Below, one piece after another: positions 40,166 to 49,010 of a stretch of 64,000 nt of DNA (within the stretch, counting starts at the first letter, position 1; each line of letters begins with the position of its first letter). The notes below the pieces were generated by a model that ran no database searches, was not told the DNA's origin, and worked only from the letters and a program-made list of their open reading frames with translations. A program made the position numbers and the translations under genes. The stretch comes from Candidatus Saccharimonadota bacterium (GTDB lineage: Bacteria; Patescibacteriota; Saccharimonadia; Saccharimonadales; Saccharimonadaceae): the NCBI GenBank assembly GCA_030528355.1, contig JAUMZA010000001.1, positions 71,177-135,176 on the forward strand, given 5' to 3'.

Positions 40166-40701
40166 ACCTCACCTCCTAGCTGCTGCTTGTGTAAATACGC
40201 ATACAGCCCGTTCTTTTTGAGCAGTACCTGCGGCGTGCCGTATTCCACCAACTGGCCACGATCAATCGCCATAATTTTATCGACTGATTTTAATGTCGAA
40301 AGCCGATGGGCAATAATAATCACGGTACGCCCAGCAGTAATATGTGTGAGATTTTGCTGAATGACATTTTCTGATTCATAATCCAGCGCCGACGTAGCTT
40401 CATCAAAAATGAGAATCTTTGGATCGTGTAGCAATGCCCTGGCAATGGCAATACGCTGCTTTTGCCCGCCGCTTAAACCTTCGCCTTTTTCGCCCACCAT
40501 CGTATCGTAACCTTCGGGTAGCTCAGAAATAAATTCATGTGCCCCAGCAATTTTCGCCACCCGCACGATGTCGTCCATACTACTACTTGGCACATGTACG
40601 GCGATATTATCCCGAATCGATGCATTAAACAAAAAGTTTTCTTGCAAGACCACGCCAATTTGCCGTCGCAGCCAGCTTGGATCGGTCGTCGCAATATCCA
40701 C
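40162..40701 (-). pseudogene. Truncated ABC exporter: C-terminal part of the NBD only (Walker A, TMD and any peptidase domain missing)
   Basis: 179 aa carrying the signature [16 protein letters not shown], Walker [13 protein letters not shown] and the H-loop IIIAHRLS, but no Walker A. The gene breaks off at about 40700, where an unrelated recombinase fragment begins on the other strand. Confidence 0.7.
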
Positions 40702-41319
40702 AGCTGGACATATTATCGATGTTCGCGTAAGAACAGGTTCATTAAATGCACCGAGCCGGCAATCCGCGAAAAAGATTTACTACCGCAGATTTCGGCGTTG
40801 CTTGGCGATTATCAGATCTCTGATGAAGCTTACGATTATATATCCAGTAGAATAACGCAAGACGAAAAAGCCGAAAATGTGGACAGTATGTCTATTGTGG
40901 CAAATTTGAAAAATAAAATTGACAGTCTGAACGGTAAACAAAAGATTTTGCTTGATAGCTACCTAGATCAAGACATTGACCGTCAAACTTTTCTAGCTAA
41001 AAAATCGGAGATTTTGAGCGAAAAGAAAAGTTTGGAGGAAAAATTGACGAACCTCACAGCTAACCATAATGCTTGGATCGAACCTATGCGAAAATGGCTA
41101 GAAATAGCAAAATCTATCTGTAATTTGCGTAAAATCGATGACTTTAGCGGGCAAAAAGTTGTTTTGCTTGAAATCTTTGGATCGAACCTCGCAATGCACA
41201 ACAAAACCCTCACCATTCTCAACCACCAAGACAAGTTTGGAGTTGGCTCAAAAACTGCTTTCCGGAAGGGGGCGGAAAGCAGTTTTTTGCCTTTGGCAAG
41301 AATTAAAAAATACAAATAG
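40693..41319 (+). pseudogene. C-terminal fragment of a large serine recombinase (zinc-ribbon remnant plus coiled-coil/DUF4368-like tail); catalytic domain absent
   Basis: [14 protein letters not shown], then ...[20 protein letters not shown]...NLKNKIDSLNGKQKILLDSYLDQDIDRQTFLAKKSEILSEKKSLEEKL. The ORF-track segment 40537..40692 is an antisense artefact over the ABC fragment. Confidence 0.5.
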
Positions 41320-41363
41320 AAAAGTCGCCATTTCAGGCGACGATTCTGAAAAAATCCTTATTA

Positions 41364-41438
41364 TGGCTGGGATGGAGGGATTCGAACCCCCGAATGGCGG
41401 GACCAGAACCCGCTGCCTTACCACTTGGCGACATCCCA
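41364..41438 (-). tRNA. tRNA-Gln (anticodon CUG)
   Basis: 75 nt cloverleaf TGGGATGTCGCCAAGTGGTAAGGCAGCGGGTTCTGGTCCCGCCATTCGGGGGTTCGAATCCCTCCATCCCAGCCA. It has a U1:A72 pair, G73 and an encoded CCA, and is collinear with E. coli tRNA-Gln. Confidence 0.85.
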
Positions 41439-41464
41439 TCACCTTTAATCACTATACCAAACTA

Positions 41465-41905
41465 CTACGTTTTCTTCAAGCGGTGTGACGAGCGATATAC
41501 CACCGCCATAATCAGCATAGTGATCACACACACCACTGCCACAGAAGTTGCGTGGTCTGTAAAGTACACGCCAAACATACCAGCCTTTGCCCCAGCACCC
41601 CACGCAGTTACTAACATCGCCAACCATCCAACCGGTAGCAGCATAGTGCATACACGAGCAGCCTTCTGCAAACCGCCACTGGTTTTAATTCGTAAAATAT
41701 ACGGTAGACTAAAAACAGCCATAGCATTTACCATCAGCAGTAATGGCAGCCACCATGCTATCTGCCTTACTTCAGGCAATTCGGCCAATTTATCTAACGA
41801 AAATAACTGGGCCAAAGTTACCACGACCACCCCTGCTGCACATAGGGTAGCTCTCCAGCCAATTGGCGGTTTGTAGCAACGCTTCATATCACTACTATGC
41901 CGCAT
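41465..41905 (-). CDS. Hypothetical 4-TM membrane protein
   Basis: 146 aa hydrophobic ORF immediately downstream of tRNA-Gln. Confidence 0.5.
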   Translation of the reverse strand: MRHSSDMKRCYKPPIGWRATLCAAGVVVVTLAQLFSLDKLAELPEVRQIAWWLPLLLMVNAMAVFSLPYILRIKTSGGLQKAARVCTMLLPVGWLAMLVTAWGAGAKAGMFGVYFTDHATSVAVVCVITMLIMAVVYRSSHRLKKT

Positions 41906-42081
41906 AACCCACTACTGGTCAATACCTCCACACTAAACGCTGTTGTATTTTTGTATTATATGCTTGTGCTTTTTACATTTTACCCCTATAGTAAAAGCTA
42001 GCGAAACATTACAAAAAACAAACACTTTTTACAAACTTGTTTTGGGTAGTGGGTTTCGCTCTACGATATACCCACCACAAC

Positions 42082-42120
42082 AAACCCCAGCTTCTTACCT
42101 GCTGGGGTTTCGTCTTTTTA
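42082..42120 (+). terminator. Intrinsic terminator-like hairpin best oriented for the plus strand
   Basis: AAACCCCAGC-TTCTTACC-TGCTGGGGTTT followed by CGTCTTTTTATTG. There is no plus-strand CDS upstream; the trmD stop lies at its 3' flank on the minus strand. Confidence 0.5.
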
Positions 42121-42783
42121 TTGTTGCGAAAACTTTTTTGACTGTGCGGCTCGCCATTTGGCAATCTCACCATGGTGCCCGCTCAGTAGTACATCTGGCA
42201 CCTTTAGGCCCCTAAATTCAGCTGGGCGCGTATATTGCGGAAACTCTAATGTTTCGCCATCGCTAAAACTTTCGATTATAGTACTTTCTTCACCGCCAAG
42301 TACACCAGGAATGAGTCGCACAATACTATCGATAATCGTCATAGCAGGCAGCTCACCGCCAGTCAACACAAAATCACCAATACTCAACTGCTGGTCTACT
42401 AACGTAAGAATCCTTTCGTCATACCCTTCATACCGGCCACAAATAAAAATATAACCACAATCTTCTTCGAGTGCATATTGCTGTGCCAGGCCCTGCTGCC
42501 ACCGCACCCCACGTGGTGTCATGAGCAGCACTTTTGCTGTCGGATCAATCGATTTGGCACATTCAACCGCAGCAAATAATGGCTCGGGCTTTAGCAACAT
42601 GCCATCACCGCCGCCATACGGCGTATCATCCACTTGCTTGCGAGGCCCAATCCCAAACTGCCGCAAATCAATTGCCGAAAGTTCAGCCAGGCCCTCTTTT
42701 TGTGCTTTCCACATCATACTACTCTCAAACACCCCTTTCATCATTTCGGGGAAGAGTGTAATTACTTGAAATTTTCTCATCAT
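42118..42783 (-). CDS. trmD: tRNA (guanine37-N1)-methyltransferase
   Basis: TrmD SPOUT motifs (ITLFPEM, DDTPYGGGDGMLLKPEP). Likely start ATG at 42783, with TATAAT at 42788..42793 only 4 nt upstream (leaderless). The ORF-track start at 42855 over-extends. Confidence 0.9.
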   Translation of the reverse strand: MMRKFQVITLFPEMMKGVFESSMMWKAQKEGLAELSAIDLRQFGIGPRKQVDDTPYGGGDGMLLKPEPLFAAVECAKSIDPTAKVLLMTPRGVRWQQGLAQQYALEEDCGYIFICGRYEGYDERILTLVDQQLSIGDFVLTGGELPAMTIIDSIVRLIPGVLGGEESTIIESFSDGETLEFPQYTRPAEFRGLKVPDVLLSGHHGEIAKWRAAQSKKFSQQ

Positions 42784-42924
42784 TCTTATTATAGCATCGA
42801 AAACCACAAAACCACCCCGTAAAGGAGTGGTTCTGCAGACATATAAGGCTCTCAACTCTTATAAAAGTTGCTCGCATAGAGCTTTTTGTTCTCGCAGTTC
42901 AAGTTATTGTCTGAACTGTTTTTA

Positions 42925-43293
42925 TTATATATCTAAATCATCTAATTCTGCAAGCTCTTTTCGGGCTGAATCTGCAAAGCTTGAGCGGTTTTCCACAGCT
43001 TCCCCTGTAGATTCATCCACAACTTGTTCGGAGCTGCCAGTTAGACCATCATTATTGACAATCTTTAGGTTGTAGCGAGCATCATTCTTTGTACCCAGAG
43101 CACGCAGCAGCGTACGTAAGCTTTGCGCAGTCACACCACGCTTACCAATTACACGGCCGAGATCCTCTGGATTAACTGTAAGGCTAAGCAGTACACCTTT
43201 TTCATCAATCACTCGCTCTACCACCACATCGTCAGGGTGATTCACTAGTGACTTTACGATATATTCTACAAATTGCTGATCTATTGTTGACAT
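42925..43293 (-). CDS. KH-domain RNA-binding protein (YlqC/UPF0109-like)
   Basis: 122 aa with the KH motif VIGKRGVTAQSLRTLL. Confidence 0.8.
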   Translation of the reverse strand: MSTIDQQFVEYIVKSLVNHPDDVVVERVIDEKGVLLSLTVNPEDLGRVIGKRGVTAQSLRTLLRALGTKNDARYNLKIVNNDGLTGSSEQVVDESTGEAVENRSSFADSARKELAELDDLDI

Positions 43294-43424
43294 TCTGCCC
43301 TCCTGTCATTGCAGTGTTGGCTACTCGCCAATCACCTCTCTTATCGTATTTTTATTGTATCATGAATTATGATTTGCTTCATCACGATATAAAAACTGCC
43401 CTCACAAGGTAGGGCAGTCGTGTA

Positions 43425-43766
43425 CTATTCTTCTGTTGAAGCGTCTTCTTTTGGCTGATTTTTACGCAGCTTTTCTACGTTCTTAATCGACTTTTGCTTG
43501 GTTGCAGTAGGCTCTTTTACCCACTTTGGTAGCTTTACGCCATTAGCTTTTAGCAGCTTTACGACACGTGGTGATGGCTGTGCACCGTTATCAAGGTATT
43601 TTTGTGCCGCTTTAGTCTGTAGTGACACCTCTTTGGTGTGTGGATTGTAGCTACCTACATACGCAACCACACGACCACTTGATGGATGGCGGTGAGCTTC
43701 CTGAACTGCCAAACGGTATACTGGGTAACCCTTACGACCCAAACGTTGCAAACGAATTGCGAGCAT
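43425..43766 (-). CDS. rpsP: 30S ribosomal protein S16 with basic C-terminal extension
   Basis: N-terminus MLAIRLQRLGRKGYPVYRLAV. Confidence 0.9.
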   Translation of the reverse strand: MLAIRLQRLGRKGYPVYRLAVQEAHRHPSSGRVVAYVGSYNPHTKEVSLQTKAAQKYLDNGAQPSPRVVKLLKANGVKLPKWVKEPTATKQKSIKNVEKLRKNQPKEDASTEE

Positions 43767-43877
43767 AGATTATAACTTCCTTCTCTCTTACTCTTAACTA
43801 TTACATTCAATATCTCTAGCCATTTTACCGCTTTTTGTTGCGATTGTCAATCTGTTTTTGGGGATTAACTTAGCTGG

Positions 43878-44594
43878 CTACTTCTCATCACGAGCCTTAT
43901 ACGCCGCTAGTGCTGCCCGTGCTGCCTGCTGCTGCCCGGCTTGCTTGCTTGGGCCGCTTCCCTTGCCCATCAATTCAGACCCAACAAACACACCAATTGT
44001 AAAAACCTTATCGTGGTCTGGGCCGACTTCGTCAAGCACCTTATACTGCGGTGTAAAGCCATCTACTCGCTGGCTCACCTCTTGCAAGTGGGATTTTGGA
44101 TCACGCCATGAGCCATCTTCCAAAATCTTATCCAACTTACTTAAGATATGCGTTGCGATAAATTTTTGTGCTGCATCGTAGCCCTTCTCAAGATAGATTG
44201 CCCCAATCACCGCTTCAAATGCATTGGCTAAAATCTGCTGACGAGCGCGATCGCTCCCCTGCTTTTCGCCACGACTCATTCGCAGAAGCGGTTCGTACCC
44301 TAATTTATCGCCAGCCGCTCCGATACTTTCAGTTCGCACCAGTGCCGCCCGCCAACTCGTTAAAATGCCTTCCGGCTCAGTATAGTTGCTAAACAAAAAA
44401 TCCGTCACCGCCAGCTCCAGCACGGCATCGCCCAAAAACTCAAGCCGCTCGTTATGTTCGCTGACACTTTTTTTATGCTCATTCACGTAGCTACGGTGCG
44501 TCAATGCCGTAATTAGCGTATCAATATTTTCAAATTCAAAACCCAATTTTGTGCGAGCAAATTCTTGATACGGCGCCTTGTTCATGCCACTCAT
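43878..44594 (-). CDS. rnc: Ribonuclease III
   Basis: ERLEFLGDAVLEL signature plus a C-terminal dsRBD. Confidence 0.9.
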   Translation of the reverse strand: MSGMNKAPYQEFARTKLGFEFENIDTLITALTHRSYVNEHKKSVSEHNERLEFLGDAVLELAVTDFLFSNYTEPEGILTSWRAALVRTESIGAAGDKLGYEPLLRMSRGEKQGSDRARQQILANAFEAVIGAIYLEKGYDAAQKFIATHILSKLDKILEDGSWRDPKSHLQEVSQRVDGFTPQYKVLDEVGPDHDKVFTIGVFVGSELMGKGSGPSKQAGQQQAARAALAAYKARDEK

Positions 44595-45089
44595 TTATAA
44601 GTTCTCCTGACGGATTCGCTTCATCGCAAGCAGCATCAACTTGCCAATATCCTCGTACTCAATCACATCAAGTGCTTCATGAAAACTAAACCATTTAATG
44701 CCATTCATCCATTCTTCTTTCTTGATTGCATCCGTATCACCTTTGGCACGCACCAAATAAATTTGCGTGGTCATTAGCACCAATTTATCAATCCGGCGAT
44801 AGCGAAAATGGATCTTACCGAGCCAGCTTAAAACATCAACGTCATGCAGCCCCGCCTCTTCACCAATTTCACGCTTGGCGGTTGCTTGGGCGGTTTCACC
44901 TTCTTCGATATGCCCTTTTGGAATCGTCCAACGGTCTTTCGCATCCTGAATCAACAAAATCTCAACCTGGCCATCTTTATTGCGACGAAACACAATACCA
45001 CCTGCCGTCGGTTCGCGCACAATCTCTTGGATGGATGGCTTTTTGCGAAAGTACTTCTTGAATTTATCAAACTTTGGAGTCGTCGCCAT
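44595..45089 (-). CDS. Nudix hydrolase
   Basis: Nudix box GHIEEGETAQATAKREIGEEAGL. Confidence 0.8.
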   Translation of the reverse strand: MATTPKFDKFKKYFRKKPSIQEIVREPTAGGIVFRRNKDGQVEILLIQDAKDRWTIPKGHIEEGETAQATAKREIGEEAGLHDVDVLSWLGKIHFRYRRIDKLVLMTTQIYLVRAKGDTDAIKKEEWMNGIKWFSFHEALDVIEYEDIGKLMLLAMKRIRQENL

Positions 45090-45525
45090 CGTTCTTGTCC
45101 TCTACAAGTGTTCGATACGCAGTACCCAGTACCCCGTTAATGAACTTACTTGAATTATCAGAACCGAACGATTTGGCAAGCTCTACCGCCTCGTTAATGG
45201 CCACCCGTGCCGGCACATCGTCTGCACGGTGCAATAACTCGTACAGACCCATACGCAAAATATTACGATCAATCCGTGCAACCTGAGCAAGCGGCCAATC
45301 CGGAGCCAGCGGCTGCAGTATTTCATCAAGTTCAGTCGTTTTTTCAATCACGCCTTGTACCAAAGTACTAATAAACGCAGTGTCGTCGATATCCTCTTTA
45401 TAGCGTTCGAGGTTTCGCTCCATTACTTCTTTCACATCAACAGGAAGTTCCGGCGAATGGCGAAATTCATATTCGTAGAGAGTTTGCAGTGCAACGATTC
45501 TGCCTAGGTGGCGATTTGAAGCCAT
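45067..45525 (-). CDS. nusB: Transcription antitermination factor NusB
   Basis: 152 aa all-helical NusB-like sequence. Overlaps the Nudix gene by 23 nt. Confidence 0.8.
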   Translation of the reverse strand: MASNRHLGRIVALQTLYEYEFRHSPELPVDVKEVMERNLERYKEDIDDTAFISTLVQGVIEKTTELDEILQPLAPDWPLAQVARIDRNILRMGLYELLHRADDVPARVAINEAVELAKSFGSDNSSKFINGVLGTAYRTLVEDKNDGDDSKV

Positions 45526-45580
45526 ACTATTCGGTTCTTTCTTACTATTATGTTTATCTATCTAAAAGCTGCGTAAACTA

Positions 45581-45733
45581 TTACGCAGCAACTTTCTTTT
45601 TACCAGTTTCACGCTTGGTGGTGTGAACTTTTACCGGTGACGTAGCATTAACACGACGTGCAAGCTTAAGCACAAGGTGGCTACGGCGCAAACCTGTTTT
45701 ACGAGGGCTGCTTTGCTTTTTAGGCTGTGCCAT
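45581..45733 (-). CDS. rpmF: 50S ribosomal protein L32 (not in ORF track, 50 aa)
   Basis: MAQPKKQSSPRKTGLRRSHLVLKLARRVNATSPVKVHTTKRETGKKKVAA matches the L32 N-terminal pattern (MAxPKR..S..R...RRSH). SD is AAGGAGTATTC. A terminator hairpin GCTGCGTAA-ACTA-TTACGCAGC spans the stop codon. Confidence 0.65.
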   Translation of the reverse strand: MAQPKKQSSPRKTGLRRSHLVLKLARRVNATSPVKVHTTKRETGKKKVAA

Positions 45734-45769
45734 GAGTAGAATACTCCTTACGTTTCTTTAAACAATTCA

Positions 45770-45868
45770 TTACACACTATACAGGGTTTTATGAAAAAAA
45801 TCAATAACTACCAGTAAAAGCGGTAATTTTTATGTATTGACAAATAGAAATTTTTATGCTAATATGTA
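45770..45868. promoter_or_regulatory. Divergent promoters: TTGATT-17-TATAGT (minus, rpmF) and TTGACA-17-TAATAT (plus, 45873 gene)
   Basis: Both hexamer pairs are visible in the intergenic sequence with 17-nt spacers. Confidence 0.5.
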
Positions 45869-45872
45869 AATT

Positions 45873-46424
45873 ATGAACGAACGAAAAAAACCCACCCCGT
45901 ATCAACATAAAGAAACCACTTTTAGCCAGGATCCGATCCACGTAACACGCCGCCGGGCAGCAGCCCTACTTGGTGCCGGTGCAGTTGCTGCTGGATTACT
46001 AGCCGGCTGCAACACTTTTGGCGAAAAAGAAGCCTCTGGTAAAAAAATTACCGCCACCAAGCTTGATAATTACGTCAATGATAAAACCCCGCTCGAAAGC
46101 GTGCAACTTGAAAATGGTGCAATTCTTCGTGAGGATCCGTTTGTTGAAGACCTGTCCCACACAACCCCGGGCAATAGGCTTGCAAAAGTTGAGCTAGGCG
46201 ATTTGTCCGAGCAGCATTCAATCAATATTGACTTTCAGGATGATGATAATACCTACATCCACGTTCGCAATCGTGAAAGCGGCACCCCAGAAACCTGGAT
46301 TGGCTTGCCAGAAGATGCCGTAAAGGAAGCACTACCAGGCATCGCAAGAAAACTCACCAAAGACGGCGATGATATTATCTGGGTAAACACTCAGAAAGCC
46401 GACTACACAAAAGCCGATAGATAG
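45873..46424 (+). CDS. Hypothetical Tat-signal lipoprotein
   Basis: Twin-arginine motif TRRRAAALLGAGAVAAGLLAGC with an LLAGC lipobox. Confidence 0.6.
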   Translation: MNERKKPTPYQHKETTFSQDPIHVTRRRAAALLGAGAVAAGLLAGCNTFGEKEASGKKITATKLDNYVNDKTPLESVQLENGAILREDPFVEDLSHTTPGNRLAKVELGDLSEQHSINIDFQDDDNTYIHVRNRESGTPETWIGLPEDAVKEALPGIARKLTKDGDDIIWVNTQKADYTKADR

Positions 46425-46427
46425 CTC

Positions 46428-47141
46428 TTACTTGACTACAATATTCAGCAGCCGGTCAGGGACATAAATCACCTTGGCCGGTTGTTTGTCGTCAATAAAG
46501 CTCATGACATGCTCATTCGCATACACCAACGCTTCGACCGCCGCCTGATCAGCACCCTTTTCGCATGCAAGCCGTGCACGCACTTTGCCGTTTACCTGCA
46601 CCACGATCGTTACTTCGTCCGCCACCAACAGCGACTCATCCCATTCTGGCCAATGATCCACATGAATCGTATCAGCATGACCAAGCTGATGCCACAGCTC
46701 TTCGGTAATGTGTGGCGCAAACGGTGCGAGCACCATCAACAAGTTTTCGATCATCTGCTGCCAAGCTGGGGATTTGACAATACCATGGGCGTCTTTTAGC
46801 TTGTACAGTGCATTCACCGTTTCCATCATGCTTGATACTGCCGTGTTGAACTTTTCATCTTCAATATCTTGCGTAATTTTTTTCGCAATGCCATGTGCCA
46901 GGCGGGCAAGCTCTTTGGTGACCGCTTCGTTTGCGTCGCCATTATCAGCCGCCAGATACTCTTGCACAAGTGTCCACACACGATTTAAGAAACGATAGGT
47001 GCCCGGCACGCCACGGGTATCCCACGGGGCATCCTGATCATACGGTGCGATAAACATTTCATACAGGCGCAAGCTGTCCGCCCCGTAACCACTATCCATA
47101 ATCTCCATTGGGTCAATCACATTACCCTTTGATTTACTCAT
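46428..47141 (-). CDS. leuS: Leucine--tRNA ligase, C-terminal piece (starts at the KMSKS motif; anticodon-binding and C-terminal domains)
   Basis: 237 aa beginning MSKSKGNVIDP (the KMSKS motif). Its ATG is 8 codons downstream of, and in frame with, the stop of the N-terminal piece. Confidence 0.85.
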   Translation of the reverse strand: MSKSKGNVIDPMEIMDSGYGADSLRLYEMFIAPYDQDAPWDTRGVPGTYRFLNRVWTLVQEYLAADNGDANEAVTKELARLAHGIAKKITQDIEDEKFNTAVSSMMETVNALYKLKDAHGIVKSPAWQQMIENLLMVLAPFAPHITEELWHQLGHADTIHVDHWPEWDESLLVADEVTIVVQVNGKVRARLACEKGADQAAVEALVYANEHVMSFIDDKQPAKVIYVPDRLLNIVVK

Positions 47142-47165
47142 CTTTTCACCATCTGGTGCAATATT

Positions 47166-48935
47166 TTAGGCTTTGTACATAATCCGCTTGACGGGCTCGG
47201 GGGTTGGCACCAGGCCAAGATTATAGAACAACCGCAACAAAACACGACTGTAAAGTAGATGGGCCACGGCATGATCAGCACCATTGTAATAGTTCACCGG
47301 CATCCAGTGATTGATACGCTCCGGATCCCATGCCTGGTTGTCATTAGTTGGATCGAGATAACGCAGGAAGTACCAGCTACTGCAGGCGTAGCCATCGAGT
47401 GTGTCGGTTTCACGGCGGCCTTCGTGCCAAGCCTTGCCCGCTGGTTTTGGTTCGGTGATTGGCACCGTTTCGCCGGTTTCGATGTTCACCCATACACGCA
47501 CCCAGTCATCTACTTCGGCTAACACCGAGGTGTGGCCGCCTTTTGGCTTAAAATCTTCTACGTCTGGCAAAAGTACCGGCAGGCAACTATCTGCCACGGC
47601 AATTGGCGTGTAGCCATCGACATAGACCATTGGGATTGGCGCACCCCAGTAGCGCTGGCGAGAAATCAGCCAGTCGCGCATTTTGTAGGTAATTTTACTC
47701 TCACCAACACCCTGCTGCTCGAGCCACGCCACTACTTCTTCACGGGCTTGTTCGCTACGCATGCCATCAAAATGGCCGCTATTAATCATCACTCCTTCAC
47801 CGCCATAAAAACCTGGCTCGCTGTTGTCTTCTGGCTTTTCAATCACCGTAATAATTGGTAAGTCAAACTTTTTAGCAAAGGCGTAATCACGTTCATCATG
47901 CCCCGGCACCGCCATCACTGCACCGGTGCCATAACTACCTAGCACATAATCAGCAATCCAAATTGGCATACGATCGCCGGTAGCAGGATTGATGGCGTAG
48001 CTGCCTGTAAAGACGCCCGTTTTTTCGCGAGAATCACTCATACGCTCCACATCGGAACGACGTGCGGCGGCAGCGATATATTCTTCAACCGCTAGCTTCG
48101 TATCACTGTTTACTAGTTGTGGCACCATTTCATGCTCCGGCGCAAGCACCAAAAAGGCAGCACCAAACAGCGTGTCTGGGCGGGTGGTAAAGACTTTGAT
48201 ACAAGCATCCGCACCTTTTACCTCAAACGTCACCTCTGCACCCTGCGAACGGCCGATCCAGTTTTTTTGCATGGTTTTGACCATATCAGTCCAATCGAGG
48301 TCGTCGGTTGCTTCGAGTATTTCATCAGCATAGGCGGTAATCTTAAAGAACCATTGGTTGAGCTTCTTTTTTGTGACCGGGTTGCCGCAACGCCAACACT
48401 TGCCGCCTTCAACCTGTTCGTTCGCCAGCACCGTGCTATCGGTTTCGCACCACCACTGTGGCTGCTCTTTGCGATAGGCTAAATCATGCTTGTATAGTTG
48501 CGTAAAAATCCATTGCGTCCATTTATAATATTCTGGATCGGCGGTTGAAATTTCTTTGCTCCAATCATAACTAAAACCAAGCCGCTTTAGCTGCGTTTTA
48601 AAGTGCACCTTGGCGTCATCGTGTGCCTGGCGCGGCGTTTTTCCAACCTTAATAGCGTAGTTTTCAACCGGCAAGCCAAAGCTATCCCAGCCAATTGGAT
48701 GATAGGCATTATAACCCTGCTGCCGCTTGGCACGCACTTTCACATCCGAAAACTGAAATGTACGGCCGTGGCCAATATGAATCCCCGCCCCGGTAATGCC
48801 CGAAAGCATGCTAAAGCCATAGTATTTTTTACGTGTAGTGTCGGCAAGATCAACTTTGTAGGTTTCGTCTTGCTCCCATTGCTGCTGCCATTTCTGTTCG
48901 ATTTCGGTTGGATTGTAACGCTTCATAGCTACCAT
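47166..48935 (-). CDS. leuS: Leucine--tRNA ligase, N-terminal piece (HIGH motif, CP1 editing domain, most of catalytic core)
   Basis: 589 aa. N-terminus MKRYNPTEIEQKWQQQW, HIGH motif GAGIHIGHGRT and the editing domain. It ends ...RIMYKA at a TAA (47166..47168), 7 codons before the conserved KMSKS. Confidence 0.9.
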   Translation of the reverse strand: MVAMKRYNPTEIEQKWQQQWEQDETYKVDLADTTRKKYYGFSMLSGITGAGIHIGHGRTFQFSDVKVRAKRQQGYNAYHPIGWDSFGLPVENYAIKVGKTPRQAHDDAKVHFKTQLKRLGFSYDWSKEISTADPEYYKWTQWIFTQLYKHDLAYRKEQPQWWCETDSTVLANEQVEGGKCWRCGNPVTKKKLNQWFFKITAYADEILEATDDLDWTDMVKTMQKNWIGRSQGAEVTFEVKGADACIKVFTTRPDTLFGAAFLVLAPEHEMVPQLVNSDTKLAVEEYIAAAARRSDVERMSDSREKTGVFTGSYAINPATGDRMPIWIADYVLGSYGTGAVMAVPGHDERDYAFAKKFDLPIITVIEKPEDNSEPGFYGGEGVMINSGHFDGMRSEQAREEVVAWLEQQGVGESKITYKMRDWLISRQRYWGAPIPMVYVDGYTPIAVADSCLPVLLPDVEDFKPKGGHTSVLAEVDDWVRVWVNIETGETVPITEPKPAGKAWHEGRRETDTLDGYACSSWYFLRYLDPTNDNQAWDPERINHWMPVNYYNGADHAVAHLLYSRVLLRLFYNLGLVPTPEPVKRIMYKA

Positions 48936-49010
48936 TATAGCAAACCGCCGCCCCGTTGATAACCAGGTGCAACCCTCGTGCAGCCCCAGGACTATATCTA
49001 GCCAACAGCT

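Noticed and set aside
40537-40692. 5' part of the 260-aa plus-strand ORF preceding the recombinase-like segment
   Set aside because: This portion overlaps the ABC NBD fragment on the other strand and has no similarity to recombinases. Only the part from about 40693 onward is interpreted as a gene fragment.
41943-42215. 90-aa plus-strand ORF between tRNA-Gln and trmD
   Set aside because: Low-complexity Cys/Phe/Leu-rich translation, no SD, and it overlaps a terminator hairpin and the trmD 3' end. The region is treated as non-coding (possible sRNA instead).
42118-43425. rpsP-KH-trmD cluster lacking rimM and rplS as a possible anomaly
   Set aside because: A KH-domain gene (ylqC-like) after rpsP is common in Gram-positive-type operons, and gene loss or relocation of rimM and rplS is frequent in reduced genomes. 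It is not distinctive enough to flag.
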